Of a stretch of DNA of 64,000 nucleotides, positions 49,650-60,321 are shown piece by piece. The notes beneath the pieces are model-generated. The model saw nothing but the letters and a program-made list of their open reading frames with translations, ran no database searches and was not told the DNA's origin. The translations under genes and the position numbers were made by a program. This stretch comes from an uncultured Nitrospiraceae bacterium (GTDB lineage: Bacteria; Nitrospirota; Thermodesulfovibrionia; Thermodesulfovibrionales; Dissulfurispiraceae): NCBI GenBank assembly GCA_963705105.1, contig CAVPIW010000007.1, positions 160,001 through 224,000 on the forward strand. The letters run 5' to 3'. Within the stretch, counting starts at the first letter, position 1, and every line of letters begins with the position of its first letter.

Positions 49650-49771
49650 CTATACTTTGCGCTCCTTGCGGCTTTGCGTGCGTGAGTCAAAAATACTGCC
49701 GGGCTCACATCAATGCTAAAATGAAGATATAAGCCGCATGCCCCAAGTATCCGTGCCCGGGAGGTTGAACG

Positions 49772-51709
49772 ATGTCGAACAGACTGAAAGACGCAAGAAG
49801 CCCTTACCTGAGAAAGGCCGCCGATCAGCCCGTTGACTGGCATGAGTGGGGAGACGAGGCCTTCGAGAAGGCCCGCAGGGAGGACAGGCCCATATTCCTT
49901 TCCATCGGGGGCGTCTGGTGCCACTGGTGCCACGTCATGGCCCATGAGAGCTTTGACAACGAGGAGATCGCCGGTATTCTGAATAGTCATTTCGTTCCCG
50001 TCAAGGTCGACCGCGACGAGAGGCCCGACATCGACCGCCGGTACCAGGATGTCGTCCTGAGCATTGCCGGAAGCGGGGGATGGCCCCTCACGGTCTTTCT
50101 CACTCCCGAGGGAAAGGCCTTCTTCGGCGGCACCTATTTCCCTCCTGATGACAAGTGGGGGAAGGCAGGCCTGAAGCAGCTCCTGGGGAAGATCATCGAC
50201 CTGTACAGCCAGAAAAGAGAGGAGATCTTCGGCCTCGCCGAAAACCTCTATCGCCAGAGCCTCTCCTTCTCCTCCCAGGACATGAAATCGGACGTCGACG
50301 AGGGACTCATCGAAAAGGCGGTGGGGAAATGCCTGTCCTCCGTCGATTACGACCACGGGGGTTTCGGGTCGGCGCCGAAGTTCCACCACGCCATGGCATA
50401 CGAATTCCTTCTCAATTACAATTATTTCGCGAAGGATGAGAGGATCGCACGTGCCGTCGGCGTTTCCCTCGACGGCATGGTCCGGGGAGGCATTTACGAC
50501 CACCTTGCCGGCGCCTTCTTCCGCTATTCGACGGACGAGAAGTGGATCGTCCCCCACTTCGAGAAGATGCTCGCCGACAATGCGGAACTGCTGAAGGTAT
50601 ACTCCATCGCCTATCAGGTCACGGGGAACGAGCTCTACCGGTACGCCGCCGAAGGCATCGTCGATTATTACAGGCAGTTCGGCATGGATGACAAGGGCGG
50701 TTTCGCTGCGTCACAGGATGCCGATATCGGCGTCCTTGACGAGGGAGGCTACTATACCTTCAGTCTCAACGAAGTGAAGCCGCTCCTGACGGGCGCGGAA
50801 CTGGAGGTGATGCGCCTCCACCTCGATATCGACGAACAGGGTGAAATGCATCACGATACCTCGAAAAACGTCCTGTACATGCGCCGCAGCGCCGAAGAAG
50901 TCTCCGCGAAGCTGCAGGTGCCCGTCAAAACCGTCGGGGACCTCATCTCTTCGGCGAAGGATAAGCTGAGAAAGTACAGGGAAGAGCGCGAGATGCCTTA
51001 CATCGACAGCACAATCTACACGAACTGGAACAGCCTCATGATCGAGGCTCTCTGCAGGGCCGGCATCGTCTTCGGCACGAGCGAATACCACGATATGGCC
51101 CGGAAAACGGCCGATCTGCTCCTGAGGGAATTCTACAAAGACGGCGCCGTCCTGCACTGTGAGGGCGTCGAGGGACTATCAGAGGATTACATCTTTTTCG
51201 CCAAAGGGCTCCTGGCACTCTTCGAGGTGACCCAGGACGCGACATATCTCGACGTTTCGGTGCGCCTGATCGACAGGGCCATCGAGCTTTTCTGGGATGG
51301 AGACAACTGGGGGTTCTTCGATACAACCAGGAGGGACAGGGGCTACCTGACGATCCCGATCAGGAATATCCAGGACACGCCGAACGAGTCCGTCAACGGC
51401 ATCGCCCCGCTCATTCTCCTCACCGTCGGGACACTGACGGGCGACATGACGTACATCGATTACGCGGGAAAGAACCTGCAGGCATTCTCGCAGCTCACGG
51501 CTGAATACCCCACCGCCACCCACTCCTATTTCGTCAGCCTCCTCGCATACCTCAGGGGCATGTACAAAGTCGAGACGTCGCGCTTCTTCGACGAGGCGCT
51601 CAGGGACTTCAGGCCCTACAAATTCGTCCTGCGGAAAGACGTCCCCGGCGTCGTTGTCTGCGAGAAAGACACCTGCAGGACCTTCGAATCCTATCCTGGC
51701 AAACCTTAG
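49772..51709 (+). CDS. YyaL/SSP411-family thioredoxin-domain protein
   Basis: SPYL..PVDW, WCHWCHVMAHESF, GGWPLT, PHFEKML. Confidence 0.95.
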   Translation: MSNRLKDARSPYLRKAADQPVDWHEWGDEAFEKARREDRPIFLSIGGVWCHWCHVMAHESFDNEEIAGILNSHFVPVKVDRDERPDIDRRYQDVVLSIAGSGGWPLTVFLTPEGKAFFGGTYFPPDDKWGKAGLKQLLGKIIDLYSQKREEIFGLAENLYRQSLSFSSQDMKSDVDEGLIEKAVGKCLSSVDYDHGGFGSAPKFHHAMAYEFLLNYNYFAKDERIARAVGVSLDGMVRGGIYDHLAGAFFRYSTDEKWIVPHFEKMLADNAELLKVYSIAYQVTGNELYRYAAEGIVDYYRQFGMDDKGGFAASQDADIGVLDEGGYYTFSLNEVKPLLTGAELEVMRLHLDIDEQGEMHHDTSKNVLYMRRSAEEVSAKLQVPVKTVGDLISSAKDKLRKYREEREMPYIDSTIYTNWNSLMIEALCRAGIVFGTSEYHDMARKTADLLLREFYKDGAVLHCEGVEGLSEDYIFFAKGLLALFEVTQDATYLDVSVRLIDRAIELFWDGDNWGFFDTTRRDRGYLTIPIRNIQDTPNESVNGIAPLILLTVGTLTGDMTYIDYAGKNLQAFSQLTAEYPTATHSYFVSLLAYLRGMYKVETSRFFDEALRDFRPYKFVLRKDVPGVVVCEKDTCRTFESYPGKP

Positions 51710-52110
51710 TGTTGCATGCTCCGGACATGAAGGCGGGGCGTATGCGCCACCGTGATAGTCAATAAGTCATTGAGTCACTAAGTCATTGAACGACAGTCGA
51801 CAATGGACACAAAACCGCGTGCGTCACGACGGTAAGGCTGATGTGGTGAAAATCCCTTCCGCTAAGATACCTTATCGATCACCAGACAACCCTTTGCCGT
51901 GTCGATCGATGACACAGGACCGTCAGGCAACCGGGGGCTTAACACCTGGAGAGGTCTCATCATCGCATTGGAAAGGCTTTGAATCATATCTGCCTTCCCG
52001 GAGGGCAGACGTTTGGGATGAAATCATGATAAACGAACTTGGAATGATCAATCTCGCAATCAGCGAGGCTTTAAGGCGTTTTGCCCCGCCTTTTCGCGCG
52101 ACTGCAAGGT
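51703..52110 (+). repeat. Fold-back repeat element type 1 with internal insertion
   Basis: ACCTTAGTGTTGCA..GAAGGCGGGGCGTATGCGCC ... GGCGTTTTGCCCCGCCTTTTCGCGCGACTGCAAGGT. Confidence 0.9.
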
Positions 52111-52120
52111 TTACTGTGCC

Positions 52121-53623
52121 GTGAGACTGCTCCTCATCAACTCCAACATGTTCATGCAGCCCTGGCCCGTGATCCCCTACGGCCTGTGCTGCATTGCCGC
52201 CTCGGCGGAGGAGGCCGGCCACGACGTCAGGGTCCTCGACCTGTGCTTCTCCAGGCATCCCGGGAAAGACATCGCGGACGCCGTCGCCGCCTTCAGGCCG
52301 GACGTCATCGGCATCAGCATCCGGAACATCGACAACGCCGTAGGATACAAGACTCGATTCCTCCTCGATGATGTCCGGGAGCGCGTTATCATCCCCTGCA
52401 AAGAGTGCTTCAAGGGACCCATGCTTATCGGCGGCCCCGCCGTCGGCATCAGCGGCCGGGAGATGCTGAGCTTCTTCGACCTGGAATACGCGATACGCGG
52501 CGACGGGGAACAGGCTGTCCTCGAGTTCCTGAGACGAATGGAGAGCGGCGCTCCTCTTGAAGGCATGCCGGGACTGATCGTCCGAAGGGACGGACAGATC
52601 ATCGCCGACAGCGAGCCCCTGAGGGTCGAAAACCTCGATGTCCTGCCCCGTGTCAGCCCTTCCCGTTACGTGGATATCGCCGCATACAGCCGCGTCAACT
52701 CTCCCCTGCAGATCCAGACGAAAAGGGGCTGCGCCCTTCACTGCTCCTACTGCACCTATAACCGCATAGAAGGCGTCCGCTACCGGCTCAGGGACCCCTC
52801 GGCCGTAGCCGATGAAATCGAGCGTCTTGTGAAGGAAACAGGCATCAACAGGATCGAATTCGTGGACAGCACCTTCAACATCCCCCTGCCCCACGCCAAA
52901 GCCGTCCTGAGAGAACTCATCCGAAAAGACCTCCACCTCGATCTGCGCACCATGGGACTGAATCCCGGCGCCGTCGACGAGGAACTGGTGAACCTCATGA
53001 AGCAGGCGGGTTTCCGTGAAGTCGACCTCGGCGTCGACTCCGGGTGCGACGCCATGCTGAGAAACCTGGGCAAGAACTTTCTGAAGGAGGACGTGCTGAA
53101 GGCCGGAAAACTCCTCCGGGAGAAAAACATCCCCGTGAAATGGTTTCTGCTCCTCGGCGCTCCGGGGGAGAACAGGGAGACCATACGCGAGACCTTCGAC
53201 ACCGTCCTGCACGCCGCGTCCCCCTGGGACCTGATCGTCATCGCCGTCGGCATGCGCGTCTACAACGGATCACCCGTCGCCGACCTCGTCCGGCAGGAAG
53301 AGCCGTCGGCGGCGAAGGACGACTTTCTCTATCCCGTGTCTCTTCCCGAAGGGACGACCATCGATCCGGGGGAATTGAAACAAATCGTCAAGACCGAGTC
53401 TTTCAGGCGGGATAATTTCTTTCTTTACAGTGACGACGAAAAGACCCCGCTGCCGGTGCTCGTCGCCGGGACGGCGCTGATGAGGATCTTCACGCCCCGT
53501 CAGCCCCTGTGGCGCCTCTTCATCGTGAAAAGGAAGATCGAGTCATTCACCGGCCTGCGCCGAAGGAAGGAGAGGCAATATTTGAAGCAGATCGGACGGA
53601 GGATAAGGCCATCCCTGCCCTGA
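52121..53623 (+). CDS. Cobalamin-binding radical SAM protein
   Basis: N-terminal B12-binding domain (GISIRNID, GGP, GDGE); TKRGCALHCSYC. Confidence 0.93.
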   Translation: MRLLLINSNMFMQPWPVIPYGLCCIAASAEEAGHDVRVLDLCFSRHPGKDIADAVAAFRPDVIGISIRNIDNAVGYKTRFLLDDVRERVIIPCKECFKGPMLIGGPAVGISGREMLSFFDLEYAIRGDGEQAVLEFLRRMESGAPLEGMPGLIVRRDGQIIADSEPLRVENLDVLPRVSPSRYVDIAAYSRVNSPLQIQTKRGCALHCSYCTYNRIEGVRYRLRDPSAVADEIERLVKETGINRIEFVDSTFNIPLPHAKAVLRELIRKDLHLDLRTMGLNPGAVDEELVNLMKQAGFREVDLGVDSGCDAMLRNLGKNFLKEDVLKAGKLLREKNIPVKWFLLLGAPGENRETIRETFDTVLHAASPWDLIVIAVGMRVYNGSPVADLVRQEEPSAAKDDFLYPVSLPEGTTIDPGELKQIVKTESFRRDNFFLYSDDEKTPLPVLVAGTALMRIFTPRQPLWRLFIVKRKIESFTGLRRRKERQYLKQIGRRIRPSLP

Positions 53624-53762
53624 AATCATACCTTCCTCGGGGGAGCCGACCGCTTTCGTAATGCTTTGTTGGTGATTCGGGAAATAGGGGACAGATCCGA
53701 GCAGCCGGGTCTTTGATATAATAAGCGAACAATAGCTGATGTATTAGGCGGAGGAAAGTCAT

Positions 53763-53990
53763 ATGAAATTCACCCGGATAACCATCGAGCCCGATAAAAT
53801 GGGGGGGGTGCCCTGCATCAGGGGAATGAGGATACCGGTAGCATCGGTTGTAGGAATGGTCGCCGACGGGATGAGCGAGAAGGAGATACTCGGCGCCTAT
53901 CCTGATCTTGAACCTGATGACATTCGTGAAGCTTTGCTCTATGCTGCCGAGGCGGTGAAAGAACGGCAGATTCCTGTCGTTCATGCATGA
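53763..53990 (+). CDS. DUF433-family antitoxin
   Basis: MGGVPCIRGMRIPV..YPDLEPDDIREAL. Confidence 0.92.
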   Translation: MKFTRITIEPDKMGGVPCIRGMRIPVASVVGMVADGMSEKEILGAYPDLEPDDIREALLYAAEAVKERQIPVVHA

Positions 53991-54352
53991 GGTTTCTGGT
54001 TGACAACGCGCTGTCTCCGCTGACAGCAAAAGGATTACGGGATGCCGGCTTCGAAGCCCTTCATGTGAGAGACATCGGCATGCATTCCGCGTCCGATCAG
54101 GTCATTTTCGAATATGCGAGAAAGGCGAATCTGACGATCGTCACGGCTGATACGGATTTCGGCACCTTGCTTGCTCTTTGGCAATACTCCGCACCATCGG
54201 TAATCATTTTCAGAACTTCCGAGAAGCATCCGGCGGACCAGCTCTCTTTGCTCCTGAATCATTCATCCGCAATAGCCGACCTCCTGTCGGCGGGGAGCGT
54301 CGTCGTATTCGAAGACACAAGGATCAGGGTAAGAGCTCTTCCGATTGCCTGA
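53987..54352 (+). CDS. DUF5615 PIN-like toxin
   Basis: MRFLVDNALS..SDQVI..VTADTDFG; ATGA overlap. Confidence 0.92.
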   Translation: MRFLVDNALSPLTAKGLRDAGFEALHVRDIGMHSASDQVIFEYARKANLTIVTADTDFGTLLALWQYSAPSVIIFRTSEKHPADQLSLLLNHSSAIADLLSAGSVVVFEDTRIRVRALPIA

Positions 54353-54804
54353 TAACAGGGACCCGAGGGTGGCTCTGACGCCATCGAGAGCGGACTGGCC
54401 ATTCTTAAAAGAACCGTGAGAGGTGTCTTCTCCCCGGGGATATCCTTGATTTCTTCCACCAAGACGCTGAGACTACTTCTTTGCCACGAAGAAATATGCA
54501 GCCTTCTTCCTGTCTTTTTTTTGACATTTGAAGGTCCTGTGCCATAGGAGATGTTCTTCCGAGAGTCCGCAGCGAATGATGTTCTCTGAATAATGCGTGG
54601 TACTACCGGAAAGAGTCTGCTTACGGAGGATAGCTGACGTGAAGTCACTACCTTGGAAAGAACGAGCCTCATAATGTCGCCAGACATGTCAATATGACAT
54701 AGAAAAGTCAAAATGACATATCATATTGACACTCCCCCTTTTTCTCGCCAATCAGTCTATTTGTAACCCTTTGTATTTAGGTATTATCTTCAGCCCCTTC
54801 CAGC

Positions 54805-54820
54805 TGGCACGGACCTTGTA
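54805..54820 (+). promoter_or_regulatory. Possible sigma54 promoter
   Basis: TGGCAC-N5-TTGT, with GTCA-N3-TGAC palindromes about 100 bp upstream. Confidence 0.35.
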
Positions 54821-54835
54821 CTTCTTTTTCCGCCC

Positions 54836-55253
54836 ATGAAGACAATTCTCATCGTCGAGGATGACCGGTTGACCTGCTTCCTGCTTCAGGAGGCCTTCGC
54901 CCTTTTCTCAAACGACAATAATGTCCTGATTGCCGGAGACGGCGGTGAGGCCCTCGGCATCATGGAAAAGGAGCAGATCGACGTCATACTCACAGACATC
55001 ATGATGCCCGTCATGGACGGCTTCGAGCTGATCGCAGCCGTCAGGGCACAAAACAAGGACATCCCGATCTACGTCATGACGAGCTATAGCCCCTCCCTTA
55101 TGGAGGAAAGGCTGGGGGGGGCAGGACATCACCGGCTTTTTCCCGAAACCCTACGACCCTCAAACGATGATCTCCCTGATCAGCCGGTCCCCTTTGCCGA
55201 AAGACGGCGCACAGAGCAATGGACGGACAACCGAAGAGACACAGGCGCACTAA
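54836..55253 (+). pseudogene. Single-domain response regulator frameshifted in a G8 tract
   Basis: ILIVEDD..LTDIMMPVMDG..MTS; removing one G at 55114-55121 restores ITGFFPKPYDP. Confidence 0.75.
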
Positions 55254-55581
55254 AGGGAACTCCGGTGGCAAGACGGCCGAGCAGCTCTGGCGGGAGGTGC
55301 TGGAGCAGCAGCAGAGCGTCATCGTGCGGCGGATCGTCACGGCCGTCGAAAGCTGCCTCATCGACCTCAATACGGTCCCATCTGAGGAGGAGAGAGAGAA
55401 GATCCGGCGTATCTGCCGCAGGCTCGTCGGATATGACCCGATCAGCCGGGGCGTCAGAGCCTCAGCCCTCGATGTGTGGAACCGTCTATACCGTGATGAA
55501 TACGGCGTAGTGCCGGAGGGTGACGGGCGGGAAAACGTGCAACCACAGACCCGTGGAGACCATGAAGTCATCCAGGAATGA
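55219..55581 (+). CDS. Hypothetical protein
   Basis: 120-aa ORF with host-like codon usage. Confidence 0.55.
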   Translation: MDGQPKRHRRTKGNSGGKTAEQLWREVLEQQQSVIVRRIVTAVESCLIDLNTVPSEEEREKIRRICRRLVGYDPISRGVRASALDVWNRLYRDEYGVVPEGDGRENVQPQTRGDHEVIQE

Positions 55582-55675
55582 CGGCTGATAACCAACAGTG
55601 GCTTTATAGAGAGACTATGCAGATACGATGAACAGTAGAAAAACGTAACTCCACAAGAGAAGGATGAGGTGAACC

Positions 55676-58600
55676 GTGAAAGTGAATGAAAGACCCAGGC
55701 CAGGCGCCACAGGCAGTGGACGTTTTGTATCGATCGGATGTCTCATCGCTTTTTTTCTTCTGATAACATGCCTGCTATCCCCTGAGGTCCCGGCAGGGGT
55801 CAAGATCGTCCCCAGCGGCAACTCTTTGACGGTATTTGCAACCTTTACGGATTGTCGTGAATGCTGTGATGACTTCTGTAGCCCATCCTGTATCATCAGC
55901 TGGTACGGCGGACAAGCCTGGTATAGTGCGGTGAAGTTGGACGGTTCATCCAGCGGGGGCGGGTGCGACTCCGGTGACAGCTATACAGCTACCTGCGGTA
56001 CATTCGTCGCTTCCTGGGACGACATCGTGTACGTAAGGGGAAGGGCCCACGTCTGCAGTGAGTATGAATACGACACGCAATATATAGACTATTTCGACCG
56101 ATGCGAGAATAAACATCCCACCGACTCTGCCGTCAACGTCCTGACCGGCAACCTCTCCCACTCCCCGCAGGTCGGCCCTCTGGCGATCAATTACGACAGC
56201 CTGGGAACGATGAGCCCTCTGGGACGCGGATGGTCCCATGCCTACTCCAGGCGCATCAGGCAGGCACCGTATAACGGACCGACCGTCCTGCTGCAGACCA
56301 GCTGGCGCGACAGGATACGGTTCGAGCGGGGGAGCGACGGGCTCTTCCACTCGGCTTCACCCCGCGACAGATCGGTGCTCACAAAGAACCCCGACCTGAC
56401 CTGGACACGGAGTGAGCCCAACGGCACCGTCTCCACCTACGGCGCCGACGGCTACCTCCGGACGGTCACGGACAGTAACGGCAACGTCACCCGTCTGACC
56501 TACAGCGGCTTCAACCTCAGGACCATCACCGACCCCGTCGGCAGGACCATCCAGATCACCACCAACAGCAGCGGCAGGATTACCGCCGTCAAGGACTATG
56601 CGGGCAACAGCTATACGTTCACCTATACAACGGTCCCGACATACGGAGACCTCCTGACAAGGATCACCGACCCCCTGGGCAACGCATGGATGTTCACCTA
56701 CACGAGCGACGGCAAGATGAGGACCAAGACCGACCCGTCCGGCAGCGCCGTCACTTACACATATACAGCGGGCGGCACTGTTCAGAAGGTCGAAGACCCC
56801 GAGGGAGCATCCATGGAGTTCCGGTATGCCCCGTCTCCCATTTCCTGCGGACCCTCGGGCTCTCCCTGTAACATCGAACCGGAAAGCATCGCCGAAGTGA
56901 CGGCGAAAGACGGCGGCATCTGGAAATACCACTACCGAACGGGCGAACACGTCCCCTATAAGGTCACGGACCCTCAGGGCAATACCAAGACGTATCAATA
57001 CGACGGCAGCGGCAACCTCATCGGCAGCAACGACGACCCGTCAAGCGACGGGACGACCTATACGTACGACACCAACGGCAACATGCTGACCATGACAGAC
57101 GCCATGGGAGCGGTAACACGATACACCTACAACGCTCTGAACAAACCCTTAACCATGACCGATCCCCTCGGCAACGTGACGACGTATACCAATGACGCCA
57201 AGGGGAACATGCTGACCATGACGGACCCAACGGGGAACATAACAACCTATGAATACTACCCGTCAGGGAAAGTGAAAACCGTCCGGAACCCTCTGAATCA
57301 GGTGACGGCCTTTACCTACGACCAGTACAACAACCCGGCGACCGTCACCGACCCCGCCGGGGGGATAACGCGCTTCACCCACGACATCTTGGGCAACATG
57401 CTGACCAGGACGGACCCCATGGGAAACGTCTCGAGATACGAATACAACGCACTCAATCAGGTCGTCCGGATGACCGATGCCCAAGGTCATGTCACAACCT
57501 ACTCCTACGATCCCAAGGGCAACCTCACGACAGCGACGGACGCGAACGGTAACATAACCCGTTATGAATACAACTACCGGGGGCAGACGACGAAGGTCAT
57601 CGATCCCCTGGGAGGAACGACGAACTATACCTATGGAAGCATGGGTTGCACCACCGGTTGCGGGGGAGGAAGCGATAAGCTCACATCGATCACCGATCCC
57701 GCCGGTAATACGACAACATACACCTATGACACCGCCGGCAGACTGATCAAGGAGACCGATCCCGAAGGACATGAGACCCTCTTTACCTACGATCCTGCCG
57801 GGAATGTCGCATCCAAGACCGATGCAAACGGTGTTACAGTTACCTACGCCTATGACCCGGTGAAGCGCCTCACACAGGCGACGTATCCCGACCCGACGCA
57901 AAATGTGAGCTATACCTATAATGCGCCCGGCAAGGTGCTCTCCGTCACCGATCCGTCGGGAACGACGACTTACGCCTATGACAGCATCGGCAGTCCCCTG
58001 AGTGAAACGAAAGCGATCGATGGAGACAACTACACCACAAGTTATTCCTACAACGCCGCAGGAAGCCTGACATCCATAACCTATCCCGGCGGACGAACCA
58101 CGTCGTACAATTACGATCAGGTTGGAAGGATCGCCTCCGTCACGGAGAGCAAGAACGGCACGACCAGAAATGTCATCAGCGGGATCACCTACAATGCAAA
58201 CAGCCTGGTATCGCAGATGACCCATGGCAACGGGATCGTCACCTCCAAAACCTATGATCCCCTGAACGCCTTGAGCAGCCTGCAGATCGGGCCACACAAA
58301 CATCTCACTTATACCCGTGACGCCATCGGCAACATAACGGCAATCACCGATCAGCTTGATCCTGCAAAGACGAAATCCTTCGTCTACGATCCTCTGTATC
58401 GTTTAACACAGGCAATTGGGCCGTGGGAAACACTCCAATACGGCTACGATCCCGTCGGCAACAGGACGACGGAATCGATGAACACTTCAACGACGAGCTA
58501 TGCATACACCGCCAACAAGCTCACATCATCCACGGGATCGAAGACATTTGCCTTTGCGTACGATAACAATGGAAACACCGTCATGGAAAACCAGAGACAG

Positions 58601-59374
58601 TTCGTCTATAATCAGAATCAGAGACTGATCAGGGCGCTGGAAGGAACGACCGTTCTGGGTGAATACGTCTATAACGCAAAAGGTCAGAGGGTAAAGAAGA
58701 CCGCTGGTGGACAGACGACCCTGTATCACTATGACCTGCAGGGTAACCTCATAGCTGAATCAACGGCAGACGGAACGATCAGGACGGAATATGTCTACCT
58801 GAACGGACAGCCCATCGGAAAGATCGAAGGGAACAATCTGTCTTACTATCACACCGACCATCTCGGCACGCCGATGATCATGACCGATACCGCTGGCGCC
58901 AAGGTGTGGGAGGGTGAGTTCCTGCCCTTCGGAGAACCCCTGTCGATCACGGGCACCGAGACGAACAATCTCCGTTTTCCCGGGCAATATCATGATCAAG
59001 AGACAGGGCTTGACCAGAATTGGCACAGGGAGTATAAACCAGAGATAGGAAGGTACATGAGCGTCGACCCGATTCTAACACCTGGAAATCCTTATGTGCC
59101 TTTCATGATGCCTGCTCTTCTTAAGAAACCTGCAATGCTACATGCTTATAATTACGTGGAAAACAACCCTGTTAACAAAAGGGATCCCTTGGGTTTGATG
59201 TCATGCGGTGGGTGTAATTTGAATGATTGTCTAAATGCCTGCACTGCTGGAGGGGTAGCGTTGCGGAATTTCTGCCGCTCATTGCCTGACCCGCGATTGC
59301 GTGCTGGTTGCTGGGCTTTGGAGTTTGTTGGCGAAAATGTATGTAAGGGCTGGTGTTATTGGAACTGCAGGTGA
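55676..59374 (+). CDS. RHS/YD-repeat protein with RHS core and Cys-rich C-terminal payload
   Basis: LGRGWSHAY, many TDPxG..YxYD repeats, TDHLGTP, LRFPGQY, NNPVNKRDPLGL. Confidence 0.95.
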   Translation: MKVNERPRPGATGSGRFVSIGCLIAFFLLITCLLSPEVPAGVKIVPSGNSLTVFATFTDCRECCDDFCSPSCIISWYGGQAWYSAVKLDGSSSGGGCDSGDSYTATCGTFVASWDDIVYVRGRAHVCSEYEYDTQYIDYFDRCENKHPTDSAVNVLTGNLSHSPQVGPLAINYDSLGTMSPLGRGWSHAYSRRIRQAPYNGPTVLLQTSWRDRIRFERGSDGLFHSASPRDRSVLTKNPDLTWTRSEPNGTVSTYGADGYLRTVTDSNGNVTRLTYSGFNLRTITDPVGRTIQITTNSSGRITAVKDYAGNSYTFTYTTVPTYGDLLTRITDPLGNAWMFTYTSDGKMRTKTDPSGSAVTYTYTAGGTVQKVEDPEGASMEFRYAPSPISCGPSGSPCNIEPESIAEVTAKDGGIWKYHYRTGEHVPYKVTDPQGNTKTYQYDGSGNLIGSNDDPSSDGTTYTYDTNGNMLTMTDAMGAVTRYTYNALNKPLTMTDPLGNVTTYTNDAKGNMLTMTDPTGNITTYEYYPSGKVKTVRNPLNQVTAFTYDQYNNPATVTDPAGGITRFTHDILGNMLTRTDPMGNVSRYEYNALNQVVRMTDAQGHVTTYSYDPKGNLTTATDANGNITRYEYNYRGQTTKVIDPLGGTTNYTYGSMGCTTGCGGGSDKLTSITDPAGNTTTYTYDTAGRLIKETDPEGHETLFTYDPAGNVASKTDANGVTVTYAYDPVKRLTQATYPDPTQNVSYTYNAPGKVLSVTDPSGTTTYAYDSIGSPLSETKAIDGDNYTTSYSYNAAGSLTSITYPGGRTTSYNYDQVGRIASVTESKNGTTRNVISGITYNANSLVSQMTHGNGIVTSKTYDPLNALSSLQIGPHKHLTYTRDAIGNITAITDQLDPAKTKSFVYDPLYRLTQAIGPWETLQYGYDPVGNRTTESMNTSTTSYAYTANKLTSSTGSKTFAFAYDNNGNTVMENQRQFVYNQNQRLIRALEGTTVLGEYVYNAKGQRVKKTAGGQTTLYHYDLQGNLIAESTADGTIRTEYVYLNGQPIGKIEGNNLSYYHTDHLGTPMIMTDTAGAKVWEGEFLPFGEPLSITGTETNNLRFPGQYHDQETGLDQNWHREYKPEIGRYMSVDPILTPGNPYVPFMMPALLKKPAMLHAYNYVENNPVNKRDPLGLMSCGGCNLNDCLNACTAGGVALRNFCRSLPDPRLRAGCWALEFVGENVCKGWCYWNCR

Positions 59375-59378
59375 ACCC

Positions 59379-59852
59379 ATGGAAAAAATGAACACGCTAA
59401 TTCGGAATATTATCGCCACGAGAAAACTACACGAGTCTGTTCTTGATGGGAAAACAGTGCTTGTGCGAATCGGAAAGCCGCGGAAAATTTCCGTCACTGA
59501 ATGGGAATGCGCCTTTCATATATCGAATATCGGTATGCATGAAATTCAGTTCGGTCATGGAATAGATGGCGTCCAAGCGCTAATCCAGGCAATTGAAGGC
59601 GCTCGCGTATTTTTGGAAAAAAGTGGGAAAAAATTCATCTGGGAAGGGGCAGAAGAAGGTGAGACCGGCATCCCTCGATACGTACCGATGTTTTATGGCA
59701 AGGACTTTACCGAGCATCTTCATAAAATGATAGATTCTGAAATGGCACGATTTGCGAAAGCGGCCGGAAGGCGATTCGCAGTGAAGGCTCAAAGTGAAAC
59801 ACGTACTGGCAAGGGAGCCCAGAGCAAAAGAAATAGAAAGGGAAAATACTGA
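59379..59852 (+). CDS. DUF6968-like protein, candidate immunity or accessory gene
   Basis: IIATRKL..VRIGKP..WECAFHI..GIDGVQAL; 4 bp after the RHS stop, lower GC. Confidence 0.7.
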   Translation: MEKMNTLIRNIIATRKLHESVLDGKTVLVRIGKPRKISVTEWECAFHISNIGMHEIQFGHGIDGVQALIQAIEGARVFLEKSGKKFIWEGAEEGETGIPRYVPMFYGKDFTEHLHKMIDSEMARFAKAAGRRFAVKAQSETRTGKGAQSKRNRKGKY

Positions 59853-60321
59853 TTACAGAGCTTTTCGCTGTTAAACATTGTCATAGTTGTCATAATGTCA
59901 GGCCTACACGGGCTGTTGCCCAAACGGGTTTTGACGGACCGAGCTAGAATAACTCCTATCCATCACTTTTCCATTAGAATGTCCGGAACGGCAACGATGT
60001 CTGGAATATACAGCGATTACTTCCACAGTCAGAGACCATAGCGCCTTCATAAGGTGCAGTTTCCGCTGCCAATGGGTCGAGGAGAATCGCGACAGTAATA
60101 GCCAGTATACTCGCCTCGATAGTCGACACTATTCACGACAAAAGTTTCAGGAGTAGCAATGAAAATTTTCATTCCAGCCGGACAGACCAAGGTGCGACTT
60201 CGTGGCTGAAGTCGGCGCGCACGGACTGATCGAAAAGCCTTTCAGTTGAGATGAGTGTTTAGCAATGCTGCCGATGCAATACGTGACTACTCCACGCTTT
60301 CTTCTGACCGGCGGCAAGAGA

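Noticed and set aside
54259..54711. 150-aa minus-strand ORF, and the intergenic stretch 59853-60320
   Set aside because: No motifs; the ORF overlaps the PIN gene; at most decayed fragments
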